Part shown: positions 29,161 through 38,987 of the stretch, piece by piece
Numbering within the stretch: the stretch's first letter is position 1
Layout: each line of letters begins with the position of its first letter
Source of the DNA: Longimicrobiales bacterium
GTDB taxonomy: Bacteria > Gemmatimonadota > Gemmatimonadetes > Longimicrobiales > Gaopeijiaceae
Direction: 5' to 3'
Length of the DNA stretch: 64,000 nucleotides
Assembly (NCBI GenBank): GCA_963664435.2
Contig: CAXXKM010000001.1
Span: forward strand, 608,001-672,000
Notes under the pieces: model-generated
What the model was told of the DNA's origin: nothing
The model's database searches: none
The model's input: only the letters and a program-made list of their open reading frames with translations
Position numbers and translations under genes: made by a program

Positions 29161-32100
29161 CTACCACCTGTACGCCAGCTTGCTGTACAGGAAGGCCCCG
29201 TTGAAGCCGTAGGGCGTGAACTGGCCGAACCGGTTGCCGACGCCGTCGGCCGCGCCCGGGTACTCCTGCGGCTTGGTATTCAGCGCGTTCTGGGATCCCA
29301 CCGTCAGGGTCATGTTATCGCTCAGGGAGTAGGCTGCTTCCACGTCGAAGAGGATGCGGGCCGGATAGTCGATCGTGTTGCTGGAATCCGACTCGTAGTA
29401 GGGCGTCTCACCGTCGTAGTAGCCGCCCCAGTAGCTCGCGCGCACGAGGGCGCGAAGTCCACTGGCGAAGTTGTGGTTGAGCGCGATGTTGCCGCGGACG
29501 TTGGGAAGCCCCTCCTCGAGGATGCGAATGCGCGTTCCCGTCAGGGTTTCGGAGTTGAAATCCGTTACCGTGGTCCCGGTCCAGTTCCAGGCGCTGGTGA
29601 TGCCGGTGCTGGACCCGTCGCCTCCGTCGATCTGATAGGCGGCCACGAGATCGAGGCCCCGGGTGCGGGTGGCGAAGTCGTTGATGAAGAAGCGGAAGCG
29701 CGCCAGGACGCCGCCCGGCCGGACGATGCCGTCCCGCACGAGCTGGTCGATCTCGGCCGGGGTGAGCTGGCGGTCGGCGCTCGTCGTCAGGCGGTCGGAC
29801 ACGTTGATCTGGAAGAAGTCGGCCGAGAGGCTGAAGTTGCCCTGATCGATCACGGCGCCGAGCGCCATGTTCACCGACTTCTCCGGCTTGAGCGCCTCGC
29901 CTCCATACAGGCCGGCGAGCTCCGACGTCGAGGGAATGGTGCCGTTGTTGGTGAGGTCCATGATCTCGGGATCGTAGATCGTCGAGATGTTGAAGGCGTT
30001 CTGCTGGCCGGGCGTCGGCGCCCGGAAGCCCGTGCTCGTGCTGGCACGGAGGGCAAATCCCTCGGAGACGCTGACGCGGCCCGCAACCTTCCCGTTGACC
30101 GTGGTGCCGAAGTCGGAGAACCTCTCAACGCGCCCGGCGACGCCGAACGTCCAGGCGCCTGCCGGATCCCTCAGTTCGAGGTCGCCGTAGCCGGCGAAGT
30201 TGCTGCGGTTCCAGTTGCCCACGGTGAGAGGCCCGAAACCCGAGAAACCGTTGGAGGCGGGGGTGAAGCCCTGGTTCGCGAGCGGACCCTCGATCCATGA
30301 GGGCTCGTCTCCCTGGAAGATCTCGAAGCGCTCGTTCCGCCACTCCGCGCCACCGGCAAGGTTGACCCTTTCGTTCACGGCATAGGAGAGGTCGGCGTTC
30401 AGGTTGACCTCCTGCTGATCGTAGATGCCCGGATGGAAGTACGGCGTGCACGGCTGGTTCGGGACCGCGACCGAGGTGCCCTGGTCGCTGCACGGCTGGT
30501 CCGGTCCCAGCGATGCGTTGACCGTGTTGTACATGTAGAAGTCCATGTTGGAGTTGCCCCAGGCCGCGCTCGCATCCCAGTCGAGCCGGCCCCTGGTGCC
30601 CCTCAGGCCCGCCACCGCGGAGGCGTCGGTCACGTACGCGCCGAACTGCGGCGTGAAGCCTCCGGGGAAGATCTTGCGGAAGGTGAAGCAGTTGGGATCG
30701 GACATGACCTGGTTGTACGCCTCACGGTCCCTGATGGCCCCGCTGGCGCCGTCAACCAGCACCCTGGGGCAGTTGGCCGCGTTCGGCACGCCGGTCTGCG
30801 CCTGGAGCAGGTCGCCGACCAGAAGGATGGACCGCTCCCATTCCGGGTCACACGGCTGGTCGCCGAAATAGCGCGGGCAGCCCGAGGTGGCGAACACGCC
30901 GCTGCGGGTGCCGGGGTTCCGGAAGTAGAACCCGCCCTCCACCTGCTTGCTCACGTAGTTGCCGTGTCCGTAGAACGAGAGGGCGTCGCTGAACAGGTAG
31001 CCGGTGTTCGCCCAGATCTTGATTTCGTCGTTGATCTCGGGGGAGCCCCAGATCTGAGCGGGCGTGCGCACGCTCGCGTTGCCCTCGTGAACGATCAGCC
31101 CGAGCGCGTCCCTGCGCTGCGTGCTGCGGTCGGTCGGGTTGGCGTTGCCGTACTCGCCGGTCAGGTTCAGGAAGCCGGTCTCTCCGAGCGGCAGGCCGAC
31201 GTTGCCCGCGATGCTGTACATCTCTCCGTCGCCCGGGATCGAGCCATCCTCGAAGCGCGCCCCGGTCCGCGACATCAGGTTCCCGCCCGTCTTGAACTCG
31301 ATGGCGCCCCCGGAGCGGCTGTTGTTGAGGACGAAGTTCATCACCCCCGCGATGGCATCGGAGCCGTACTGGGCCGATGCGCCGTCGCGAAGCACCTCGG
31401 CCTGCTCCAGCGCCAACCCCGGAATCAGCGCGATGTCGGGGCCCTGGGATCCGTCCGCGAGGCCGTTGCCGTACCAGGTGATGACCGCGGTGCGGTGACG
31501 CCGCTTCCCGTTCACCAGAATCAGCGTGTGGTCCGGGGCCAGGCCGCGCAGGTTGGCCGGACGCGCGAACGTGGCCGCGTCGCTGATGGGCTGGGTGTTC
31601 ACGTTGAAGGACGGCACCACGTTGCGGAGCAGGTTGGCGAAGTCGTTGTCGCCCTGGTTGACGATCTCCGCACTCGGGATGACGTCGACGGGGACCGCCG
31701 ATTCGGTAACCGTACGCGGCCGGGCGCGGGTGCCGATGGCGACGATGCCGCCCAGCGCGATGGCTTCCTGGCTCAGAAGCACGTCGAGCTGCGTCGTCTG
31801 GCCGTCCGTGATGGTCACCTCCTGCCGCTCGGCGGCGTAGCCGATCAGCTGAATCTCGACCACGTGCGATCCGGCGGGTATGCCGCCGATGCTGAAGGAG
31901 CCGTCGTTGCCGCTGAGGCTGCCGATGTTGAGAGCGGAGATGAACACCTGGGCGCCGACGATTCCCTGGTTGGTCGTGCCATCGCGAACCGTGCCTTCGA
32001 GGGAGCCTTGGGCGTGCGCCGCCGCGGGGAGAGCCGCGCACGACAGCATGAGGGCGGTCAGCTTGAGAAACCGGTTCAAGTTGTTGCCAGGCAAGCTCAT
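29161..32100 (-). CDS. TonB-dependent receptor
   Basis: ATG 32100 (AGGAGG RBS); PVDVI, LRGLAPDHTLILVNGKRRH, EVLRDGASAQYGSDAIAGV, GFRAP; terminal Trp. Confidence 0.92.
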   Translation of the reverse strand: MSLPGNNLNRFLKLTALMLSCAALPAAAHAQGSLEGTVRDGTTNQGIVGAQVFISALNIGSLSGNDGSFSIGGIPAGSHVVEIQLIGYAAERQEVTITDGQTTQLDVLLSQEAIALGGIVAIGTRARPRTVTESAVPVDVIPSAEIVNQGDNDFANLLRNVVPSFNVNTQPISDAATFARPANLRGLAPDHTLILVNGKRRHRTAVITWYGNGLADGSQGPDIALIPGLALEQAEVLRDGASAQYGSDAIAGVMNFVLNNSRSGGAIEFKTGGNLMSRTGARFEDGSIPGDGEMYSIAGNVGLPLGETGFLNLTGEYGNANPTDRSTQRRDALGLIVHEGNASVRTPAQIWGSPEINDEIKIWANTGYLFSDALSFYGHGNYVSKQVEGGFYFRNPGTRSGVFATSGCPRYFGDQPCDPEWERSILLVGDLLQAQTGVPNAANCPRVLVDGASGAIRDREAYNQVMSDPNCFTFRKIFPGGFTPQFGAYVTDASAVAGLRGTRGRLDWDASAAWGNSNMDFYMYNTVNASLGPDQPCSDQGTSVAVPNQPCTPYFHPGIYDQQEVNLNADLSYAVNERVNLAGGAEWRNERFEIFQGDEPSWIEGPLANQGFTPASNGFSGFGPLTVGNWNRSNFAGYGDLELRDPAGAWTFGVAGRVERFSDFGTTVNGKVAGRVSVSEGFALRASTSTGFRAPTPGQQNAFNISTIYDPEIMDLTNNGTIPSTSELAGLYGGEALKPEKSVNMALGAVIDQGNFSLSADFFQINVSDRLTTSADRQLTPAEIDQLVRDGIVRPGGVLARFRFFINDFATRTRGLDLVAAYQIDGGDGSSTGITSAWNWTGTTVTDFNSETLTGTRIRILEEGLPNVRGNIALNHNFASGLRALVRASYWGGYYDGETPYYESDSSNTIDYPARILFDVEAAYSLSDNMTLTVGSQNALNTKPQEYPGAADGVGNRFGQFTPYGFNGAFLYSKLAYRW

Positions 32101-32245
32101 ACGGAAATCCCTCCTGTGATATGGAGCCAAACCGAACCTTACCAATTCAAGCCGGGACGACGAATCCCAGCCGCCACAACCGCAGATCCGGCGGCGAGAG
32201 GACCGAAAGACCCAGACCGGAAGATACGACAATATTGCGGAAAAA

Positions 32246-32276
32246 AGCGACAGAATGCCATCCCCCAGCGACAGAA
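32246..32276. promoter_or_regulatory. Direct-repeat operator candidate
   Basis: AGCGACAGAA at 32246 and 32267 (21-bp period), upstream of the TonB receptor gene. Confidence 0.45.
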
Positions 32277-32391
32277 CACTGACTCACGCGCTCCATCCGT
32301 CACCCCCTTGTAGCTGAATCAGTCTTGATGGAAAGCAACGTAACCGCAAGTCTCGTACCGTGAAGACGGACGGATTCGGGGGGCGAGGACC

Positions 32392-34152
32392 TCAGATTCT
32401 GGCCTGCACCGTGTACAGTTCGTGGTAGCGGCCCCGGCGGGCGACCAGATCCTCGTGCCGGCCGCGTTCCACGATGCGGCCTTCCTCCAGCACCAGGATG
32501 AGGTCGGCGCGGCGGATGGTCGACAGCCGGTGCGCGATGACCAGGGTGGTGCGTCCCCGCAGGAGCTGCGCCAGCGAAGCCTGGATGAGAGCTTCGCTCT
32601 CGGTGTCCAGACTCGAGGTCGCTTCGTCGAGAAAAAGGAGACGCGGGTCGGCGAGAATCGCCCGGGCGATGGTGACGCGCTGGCGCTGGCCGCCGGAGAG
32701 CTTGACCCCGCGTTCGCCGATGACGGTGTCGAGCCCGTCCGGGAAGCGGTCGCTGAACTCGGTGACGAACGCCTGCCGGGCGGCGTGCCTCACTTCATCC
32801 CCACTCGCGCCCGGGCGCGCGAAGAGCAGATTCTCGCTGATGGTGCCGTCGAAAAGGAAATCGTCCTGGAGCACCAGCCCCAGTTGGTTGCGGTAGCTCG
32901 GCAGCCGCACCTCGCTCAGGTCGACGTCGTCCACGAGCACGCGACCTTCATCGGGCGTGAGGAAGGAGGCGGCCAGGCTGGCCATCGTCGACTTGCCGGA
33001 TCCGGAGCTTCCCACGAGCGCGACCACGGTCCCGGGCTCGACGTCGAAGCTGATTCCCCGGAGCACGGGCTTGTCCTCCTCGTAACGGAAGTGGACATCC
33101 TCGAACCGGAGCCGTCCGCGGATGCGTGGCATCTCCACGACCCGCCTCGGATCGTCGTCCTCGGTCGGCCAGGAGAGCAGTTCGGCGGTACGGTCGAGGC
33201 CGGCGAAGGCCTCCGTCATCTGGGTGCCGATGTTGGCCATCTGGATCACGGGAGCGATCAGGAAACCCAGGAGGAAGGTGAACGAGAAGAGTTCGCCCAC
33301 CGTAAGCTGGCCCTGAACGATCAGCCACCCGCCGTACCCCATCACCAGGACCCCCGCGAGTCCCATGAAGAACGTACCCGCGCTGGTGACCAGGCTGGAG
33401 GTGGTGAGCGTCTTCCTGATGTTGCGGAAGATGCGCATGACGCCCTCGCGGAAGATCGTCCCTTCCGCCTTCACGGCGTGGAAGCCCTTGATGACGCGAA
33501 TGCCGCCGAGGGACTCGGTAAGCCGGCCCGTGACGTCCGCGCGGATCTTGCCGCGTTCGCGGAACGCGGGCCGCAGCGTGCGGAAGGCGTTCGTGGAGAT
33601 GATGGCGAAGGCGGCGAGCGGGCCCAGCGTGAGCAGCGTCATCATGGGAGAGATGCTGAGCAGGTACGCGAAGCCCACAATCGCCGTGATCACCCCGCCG
33701 ACCAGCTGGACCAGGCCGGTTCCGACCAGGTTCCGGACGCCCCGCACGTCCTCCATGATGCGCGAGACGAGATCGCCCGAGCGGGTGTTGTCGAAGACGC
33801 GCACGGGGAGGCTCAGCACGTGCCGCTGCACCTGAGTGCGCAGATCGGCGATGAGGCGCTGCGCCTCCACGCTGAGCATCATGGTCAGGGTGTACGACGT
33901 GGCCGCCTGGACGACCACCGCCACCGCCACCGCCCCGAGGAGCCGGAACAGTCCCGGGAGGTCGCTCGTCGCGATCACGTCGTCGATGAGGGGACGGGTG
34001 GCGATCGGGAGGACGAGTCCGGCCAGGCGGTTCATCAGGATCAGCACGAGACCGAGAAGAACCAGCCTGCGCCGCGGCCAGATGATTTCGTGGAACGCGT
34101 GCCTGAGGCTGGCGCCGGAGATCCGCTTCTTCTTCGCTTTGTCGTCCGTCAC
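32392..34152 (-). CDS. ABC exporter with fused TMD and NBD (MsbA/MdlA-like)
   Basis: N-terminal transmembrane domain; GSSGSGKS, LSGGQ, LDEATS, AHRLST; GTG start at 34152. Confidence 0.93.
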   Translation of the reverse strand: MTDDKAKKKRISGASLRHAFHEIIWPRRRLVLLGLVLILMNRLAGLVLPIATRPLIDDVIATSDLPGLFRLLGAVAVAVVVQAATSYTLTMMLSVEAQRLIADLRTQVQRHVLSLPVRVFDNTRSGDLVSRIMEDVRGVRNLVGTGLVQLVGGVITAIVGFAYLLSISPMMTLLTLGPLAAFAIISTNAFRTLRPAFRERGKIRADVTGRLTESLGGIRVIKGFHAVKAEGTIFREGVMRIFRNIRKTLTTSSLVTSAGTFFMGLAGVLVMGYGGWLIVQGQLTVGELFSFTFLLGFLIAPVIQMANIGTQMTEAFAGLDRTAELLSWPTEDDDPRRVVEMPRIRGRLRFEDVHFRYEEDKPVLRGISFDVEPGTVVALVGSSGSGKSTMASLAASFLTPDEGRVLVDDVDLSEVRLPSYRNQLGLVLQDDFLFDGTISENLLFARPGASGDEVRHAARQAFVTEFSDRFPDGLDTVIGERGVKLSGGQRQRVTIARAILADPRLLFLDEATSSLDTESEALIQASLAQLLRGRTTLVIAHRLSTIRRADLILVLEEGRIVERGRHEDLVARRGRYHELYTVQARI

Positions 34153-34325
34153 CAGTGTCGTCCCTGACTCGCGCCCCTTCGGGTAACGTTGCATCTTGCC
34201 GGGCGAAAGATGGCGGCAAGCGGGAGTGGTTGGAAGCGGCAGGGGAGGTGGATCCAATCCGGGCGGGTGCGAAACCCCCCAGTTGCGCGGGTGGGTGCGG
34301 GGCCCGCGCGAAGGAGTTGGAAGCG

Positions 34326-35687
34326 ATGATGGCAGGCCAGCAGCTCAAGGGCGGGCGGGCGCGGGCATGGTGGATCGGGGCGCTCCTGGGGGTGTTGGCG
34401 GGTTGCGGCGACGGGCCCGGGACCGGCGGCACGGGCGGGACCGGGGACACGGGCGCGGCGCCGGCAACCGGCCAGGGCGACGCCGGTGGCGGTGCGGGCG
34501 GCACGGCCGCGGAGGGCGTGGTCGTGCTGCGCGCCGACCGCGTGCTGGACGGGCGCGGCGGATCCATGAGCGGGCGCGAGGTGGTGGTGCGCGACGGCCG
34601 CATCGAGGCGGTCGTCGAGGCCGGGAGCACGGCCGGGGCCGCGGTCTACGACCTGTCGGGCGCCACCCTGCTGCCCGGCCTGATCGACACCCACGTCCAC
34701 CTGGGATGGCACTTCGACCGCGAGACCGGGCGGCTGCACACCGCGGAATCGACCGACGGCCCCGAGGATCAGGCCCTGTACGCGGCCGAGAGCGCGTGGA
34801 AGATGCTCCGGAGCGGCGTCACCACCGTGCAGAGCGTCGGCGGAGCGGAGGACGTCCCGGTGCGCGACGCGATCGCGGGCGGCACGCTCCCGGGGCCGCG
34901 CGTGCTCACCTCGATCCGGGCGATCAACGCGGGAACCGGCGGGCCGGCCGCGATGCGGGCCCATGTGGACGAAATGGCGGCTGCGGGCGCGGACGTGATC
35001 AAGATCTTCGCCTCGGAGAGCATCCGGGTGGGGGGCGGGCCGACGCTCAGCCAGGAGCAGCTCGACGCCGCCTGCGGCCGGGCCGGCGAGCACGGCCTGC
35101 GCACGGTGGTGCACGCCCACGGCCCCGAGAGCGCGAGCCGCGCGGCGCGGGCGGGATGCTCGCAAATCGAGCACGGCGCCCTGCTGGACCGGGCCACGCT
35201 CGAGCTGCTGGCCGGGCGCGGGCTCTACTACGACCCGCACATCCACGTCATCTTCGACAACTATTTCTCCAACGCGGAGCGATACCTGGGCATCGGCAAC
35301 TACACCGAGGAGGGGTTCGAGCAGATGCGCGCGGCCGTACCGGTGGCGCTGGCCACCTTCCAGGAGGCGCTGAGCGTGGACGGGCTCGAAATCGTGTTCG
35401 GCACCGACGCCGTGGCGGGGGCACACGGCAACAACTGGCGGGAGCTGGTCTATCGCGTCGAGGAGGGAGGCCAGGATCCCATGGCGGCGGTGGTGTCGGC
35501 GACCAGCCTGGCGGCCGAATCGCTCGGGCTCGGAGGGTCGCTGGGCGCGGTGGAACCCGGCTACGAGGCGGACCTGATCGCCGTGGCGGGCGATCCCTCC
35601 GCAGACATCGCGGCGCTCGGGCGCGTGGTCTTCGTCATGCGCGCGGGCACAGTGTACCGGAACGATCCCGTGGGGGCGGGGCGATGA
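34326..35687 (+). CDS. Amidohydrolase lipoprotein
   Basis: AAGGAG RBS; lipobox LAGC; Gly/Thr linker; DTHVH, VIKIF, VHAHG, EHG, GTDA. Confidence 0.88.
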   Translation: MMAGQQLKGGRARAWWIGALLGVLAGCGDGPGTGGTGGTGDTGAAPATGQGDAGGGAGGTAAEGVVVLRADRVLDGRGGSMSGREVVVRDGRIEAVVEAGSTAGAAVYDLSGATLLPGLIDTHVHLGWHFDRETGRLHTAESTDGPEDQALYAAESAWKMLRSGVTTVQSVGGAEDVPVRDAIAGGTLPGPRVLTSIRAINAGTGGPAAMRAHVDEMAAAGADVIKIFASESIRVGGGPTLSQEQLDAACGRAGEHGLRTVVHAHGPESASRAARAGCSQIEHGALLDRATLELLAGRGLYYDPHIHVIFDNYFSNAERYLGIGNYTEEGFEQMRAAVPVALATFQEALSVDGLEIVFGTDAVAGAHGNNWRELVYRVEEGGQDPMAAVVSATSLAAESLGLGGSLGAVEPGYEADLIAVAGDPSADIAALGRVVFVMRAGTVYRNDPVGAGR

Positions 35688-36571
35688 TTCTTCGTGTGCA
35701 GCACATCGGCATGGTCGTGCGCGACCTGGAGGACGCCTGCGCGCGTTTCGAGCGCGTTCTCGGGCTCAAGGCGCGCGATTTCCGGGACGACCAGGGCAAG
35801 GGGATGCAGCTCGACGCCCGCATCCTCCTCGGCAACGAGTGCTGGCTGCACCTCGTCCAGAACTGGAACCCGGAGTCGCGCGTGAACCGGTTTCTCCAGG
35901 AGAAGGGCGAGGGGCTGGAGCACATCTGCCTGGAGACGGACGACATCGAAGCCGATGTCGCCCATCTTCGGGAGATCGGCGTGGGGGTGTGGGAGAACCG
36001 CATCCTCGACGCCAACGACGGCTACGAGGCCTTCGTCTATCCCGACAGGCTTCCCGGCCTGACCATCGAGCTCATCCAGTCGCACGACCGTAGCTGGTAC
36101 TATCCGCCGGAAGCGGTGGGCGAGCCCGTGAGCGACTCGATGGAGCTGTTCCGCCTGCAGCACATCGGCCTCTGCGTCCACGACCTGGCGGACGCCTGCT
36201 CGCGCTTCGAGCGCTTCTTCGGGCTCGTCGCCCAGGACTATCGCAACGATCAGGGCAAGGGCAGGCAGCTCGACGCGCGCATCCTCTTCCCCAACCAGTG
36301 CTGGCTGCACCTGGTGCAGAACTGGGACCCGGAGTCGCGCGTGAACCGGTTCCTGAAGTCGCGGGGCGAGGGGCTGGACCACATCGCCCTGCAGACCACG
36401 GACATCGACGGCGACGTCGCGGGCCTGCGCGAGCGCGGGATCCCCTTCTTCCAGGACACCATCTTCGACGCCAACGACGGCTACGAGGCGTTCGTCTATC
36501 CCGATCAGCTTCCCGGGATGACGGCGGAGCTGATCCAGCCTCACGCGCACAGCTGGGGGTTCGGGGAGTAG
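35684..36571 (+). CDS. Tandem two-domain VOC protein (methylmalonyl-CoA epimerase-like)
   Basis: ATGA overlap; two near-identical units QHIG...WLHLVQ...RFL..GEGL(E/D)HI...ELIQ. Confidence 0.85.
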   Translation: MILRVQHIGMVVRDLEDACARFERVLGLKARDFRDDQGKGMQLDARILLGNECWLHLVQNWNPESRVNRFLQEKGEGLEHICLETDDIEADVAHLREIGVGVWENRILDANDGYEAFVYPDRLPGLTIELIQSHDRSWYYPPEAVGEPVSDSMELFRLQHIGLCVHDLADACSRFERFFGLVAQDYRNDQGKGRQLDARILFPNQCWLHLVQNWDPESRVNRFLKSRGEGLDHIALQTTDIDGDVAGLRERGIPFFQDTIFDANDGYEAFVYPDQLPGMTAELIQPHAHSWGFGE

Positions 36572-36596
36572 CCCGAGCGGCCCGGGGAGCACTGCC

Positions 36597-37679
36597 ATTA
36601 CCTACCATCTGGACGAACGGGTCGCGGTCGAGCGCTTTCGCGAGCCCTCGGTGCGCGGGTTCGCCGAGGACGTGCTGCGGGCGCTTGGCGCGAGCGCCGA
36701 GGAAGCGCGCATCAACGCCGACGGAGTGGTGACGGCGTCGCTCTGGTGGCATCCGGGGCAGCACCAGGGGCTGGAGAAGCTGTTTCGCTACGCGAGACGC
36801 ATGCGCAACGGGGGGATCCTGCCCGATGCGCCGATGACCTGGGTGCGGGAGCGGCCGGCCGCGGCGCTTCTCGATGCGAACAAGGGACTCGGGTATGTCG
36901 CCGCGCGGCGGGCCATGGACCGTGCCGTGGAGATGGCGCGGCAGGTCGGGGTGGCGATGGTCGGCGTGCGCCACAGCAACCACTTCGGTATCGCCGGCTT
37001 CCACGCCAGGCGGGCGGCGGACCTGGGGCTGATCGGGATTTCGATGACGAACGCGGGCGCGGAGATGGCTCCCTGGGGCGCGACCCGGCCGATCCTCGGC
37101 ACGAATCCATGGGGCATGGCGGTTCCGAGACCCGGAGGACGCGATCCCATCGTGCTGGACATGGCGCTGACCCAGTCGGGCAAGGGGATGATGCGCTGGC
37201 TCGGACGCGCGGGCCTGCCCATGCCGGACCACTGGGCGCTCACGCCCGACGGCGCCCGCACGACCGACCCGGACGAGGCCATGAAGGGGCCCCTCCTGCC
37301 CATCGGCGACTACAAGGGCTATGGCCTCAGCCTCTTCACCGACATTCTCACGGGCGTGCTGACGGGATCGCTGTTCGGGGCGCAGGTATTCCAGGACGAC
37401 AGGAACTACGACGTGGCCCACACCATGATCGCCGTCGACATCGAGGCGTTCATGTCGTCGGAGGAATTCGGGGAGAGGCTCGAGCGGTTGATCGCGGACG
37501 TGCTGGCGGCCCCGCCCATCGATCCGGCCCGGCCGGTTCGGCTGCCGGGCCAGGCGGAGCAGGAACGGGCCCGGCATCGATTGAAGCACGGGATCCCGAT
37601 GGACCCGAACACGGTGGTGCGGCTGCGGGCGCTCGCCGAAGAGCTGGGGGTGCCGTTCTCGCTGGAGCCGGCGGCCTGA
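36597..37679 (+). CDS. Ldh_2-family (malate/L-lactate/ureidoglycolate) dehydrogenase
   Basis: RHSNHFG, GTNP, DMA, KGYGL, RLPG. Proposed ATT start at 36597; first canonical start is GTG 36651. Confidence 0.88.
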   Translation: MTYHLDERVAVERFREPSVRGFAEDVLRALGASAEEARINADGVVTASLWWHPGQHQGLEKLFRYARRMRNGGILPDAPMTWVRERPAAALLDANKGLGYVAARRAMDRAVEMARQVGVAMVGVRHSNHFGIAGFHARRAADLGLIGISMTNAGAEMAPWGATRPILGTNPWGMAVPRPGGRDPIVLDMALTQSGKGMMRWLGRAGLPMPDHWALTPDGARTTDPDEAMKGPLLPIGDYKGYGLSLFTDILTGVLTGSLFGAQVFQDDRNYDVAHTMIAVDIEAFMSSEEFGERLERLIADVLAAPPIDPARPVRLPGQAEQERARHRLKHGIPMDPNTVVRLRALAEELGVPFSLEPAA

Positions 37680-37736
37680 TGCGAGGGAGCGGAAGCGTCC
37701 TGGCCCGCCAAAGGAAGCCCGGACAATGCCCAGGAG

Positions 37737-37780
37737 CTTGAGGGCGGTGGAATGGCGACTTGAGGGCGGTGGAATAGCGA
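37737..37780 (+). repeat. 22-bp tandem duplication
   Basis: CTTGAGGGCGGTGGAAT(G/A)GCGA twice. Confidence 0.85.
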
Positions 37781-37832
37781 AACAGGTCACACACCATGCA
37801 TGACACATACAGGCTTCATATAGGATGAATAC

Positions 37833-38834
37833 ATGAGCAACGAAGTGCTGGCGATCGGGAACGCGGAGGCACCCCCCGGGACCATGGCCAGGGGCGCGAT
37901 CCCGGTCGGATCCGACGTGGCGGCGGTCGCACGCGAGATTCCCATCCTGCTATGCAGGGGCGCGTCCGACGGGCCGATCCTCTGGATCAACGGCGCCACC
38001 CACGGAGACGAGCCGGAGGGGGCGCTCTCGATCTTCAAGCTGTTCGCGACGCTCGATCCGGCGGGCGTGCGCGGGACGGTGGTCGGGGTCCCGGCGATGA
38101 ACGTGCCCGCGTTCGAGGCCGGCAAGCGCGGCGATCCGCTGGACACCTTCTCGTACGACATGAACCGCATCTACCCGGGGCGGGCCGATGGCTACCCGAC
38201 AGAGCGGGCGGCGTGGGCGCACTGGGAGGCCATGAAGGACGCCTGCGATCTCCAGATCGCCGTCCACTCGGGCGGGGAGCACTCCTACCTCGCGCACATG
38301 ATCTTCGCCTCCGACAACCCGGTCAGCTTCGAGCTGGCGGCCGCGATGGGGCCGCAGTGGGACCTCGTGTTTCGCAGCGGGGTGGGCGGCGCCAATCCCT
38401 CCTCGAAGATCGCGGAGCGGGGCAAGGCCGGAATCACCATCGAGCTGGGGGGCAACTGCCGCACGCTCACCTCCGACTTCCACGCCGTGGCCGAGGACCT
38501 GGCGGACAGCTACCGCAACGTCCTGCGCCACTACGGGATGATCGAGGGCGAGGCTCGCCATGCCCCCGAGTGGCGGATGGGGCATCAGCAGGCGCTGTTG
38601 GCTCCGGCGTCGGGCATGTGGGTCGGGGAGCCGGACGTGCCCTTCGAGACGCCGATTCCGGCAGGGACGCCGCTGGGACGGATCTTCGATCTCTATGGCG
38701 ATGTGCGCGGTGAAGTCGTGGCCCCGCGGGAGGGCGTGGTGTTCGGACTGCGCTCACGCCCCGCAGTGATCGAGGGCGAGTGGTGCTGCTTCTACGGCAT
38801 CATCGACGAGGTCAGGGACGACCTGCTGGGGTAG
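37833..38834 (+). CDS. Succinylglutamate desuccinylase/aspartoacylase (M14) family
   Basis: HGDE, DMNRIYPG, VHSG, TIELGG; C-terminal barrel-sandwich-like segment. Confidence 0.9.
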   Translation: MSNEVLAIGNAEAPPGTMARGAIPVGSDVAAVAREIPILLCRGASDGPILWINGATHGDEPEGALSIFKLFATLDPAGVRGTVVGVPAMNVPAFEAGKRGDPLDTFSYDMNRIYPGRADGYPTERAAWAHWEAMKDACDLQIAVHSGGEHSYLAHMIFASDNPVSFELAAAMGPQWDLVFRSGVGGANPSSKIAERGKAGITIELGGNCRTLTSDFHAVAEDLADSYRNVLRHYGMIEGEARHAPEWRMGHQQALLAPASGMWVGEPDVPFETPIPAGTPLGRIFDLYGDVRGEVVAPREGVVFGLRSRPAVIEGEWCCFYGIIDEVRDDLLG

Positions 38835-38836
38835 GA

Positions 38837-38987
38837 CCAGCTCCCCGGTCCTGCCAGCTCCCCGGTCCTGCCATACCCCCGGTCCTGCCATACCCTCTGT
38901 CCTACCATACCCTCCGTCCCACCATACCCTCCGTCCTACCATACACCTCGGTCCCACCATACCCCCGTCCTACCATACCCTCCGTTG
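38837..38987. repeat. About 9 x 17-bp degenerate tandem repeat
   Basis: Consensus CCATACCCTCCGTCCTA, units of 16-18 bp with no spacers. Confidence 0.9.

Noticed and set aside
34196..36571. 791-aa ORF as a single fusion protein (likewise the long N-terminal extensions of 42502-44412, 61213-63144, 39040-40731)
   Set aside because: The extensions overlap real genes in another frame; true starts are at stop/start overlaps.
38837..38987. Possible CRISPR array
   Set aside because: Units are contiguous, only about 17 bp, have no unique spacers, and no cas genes are present.
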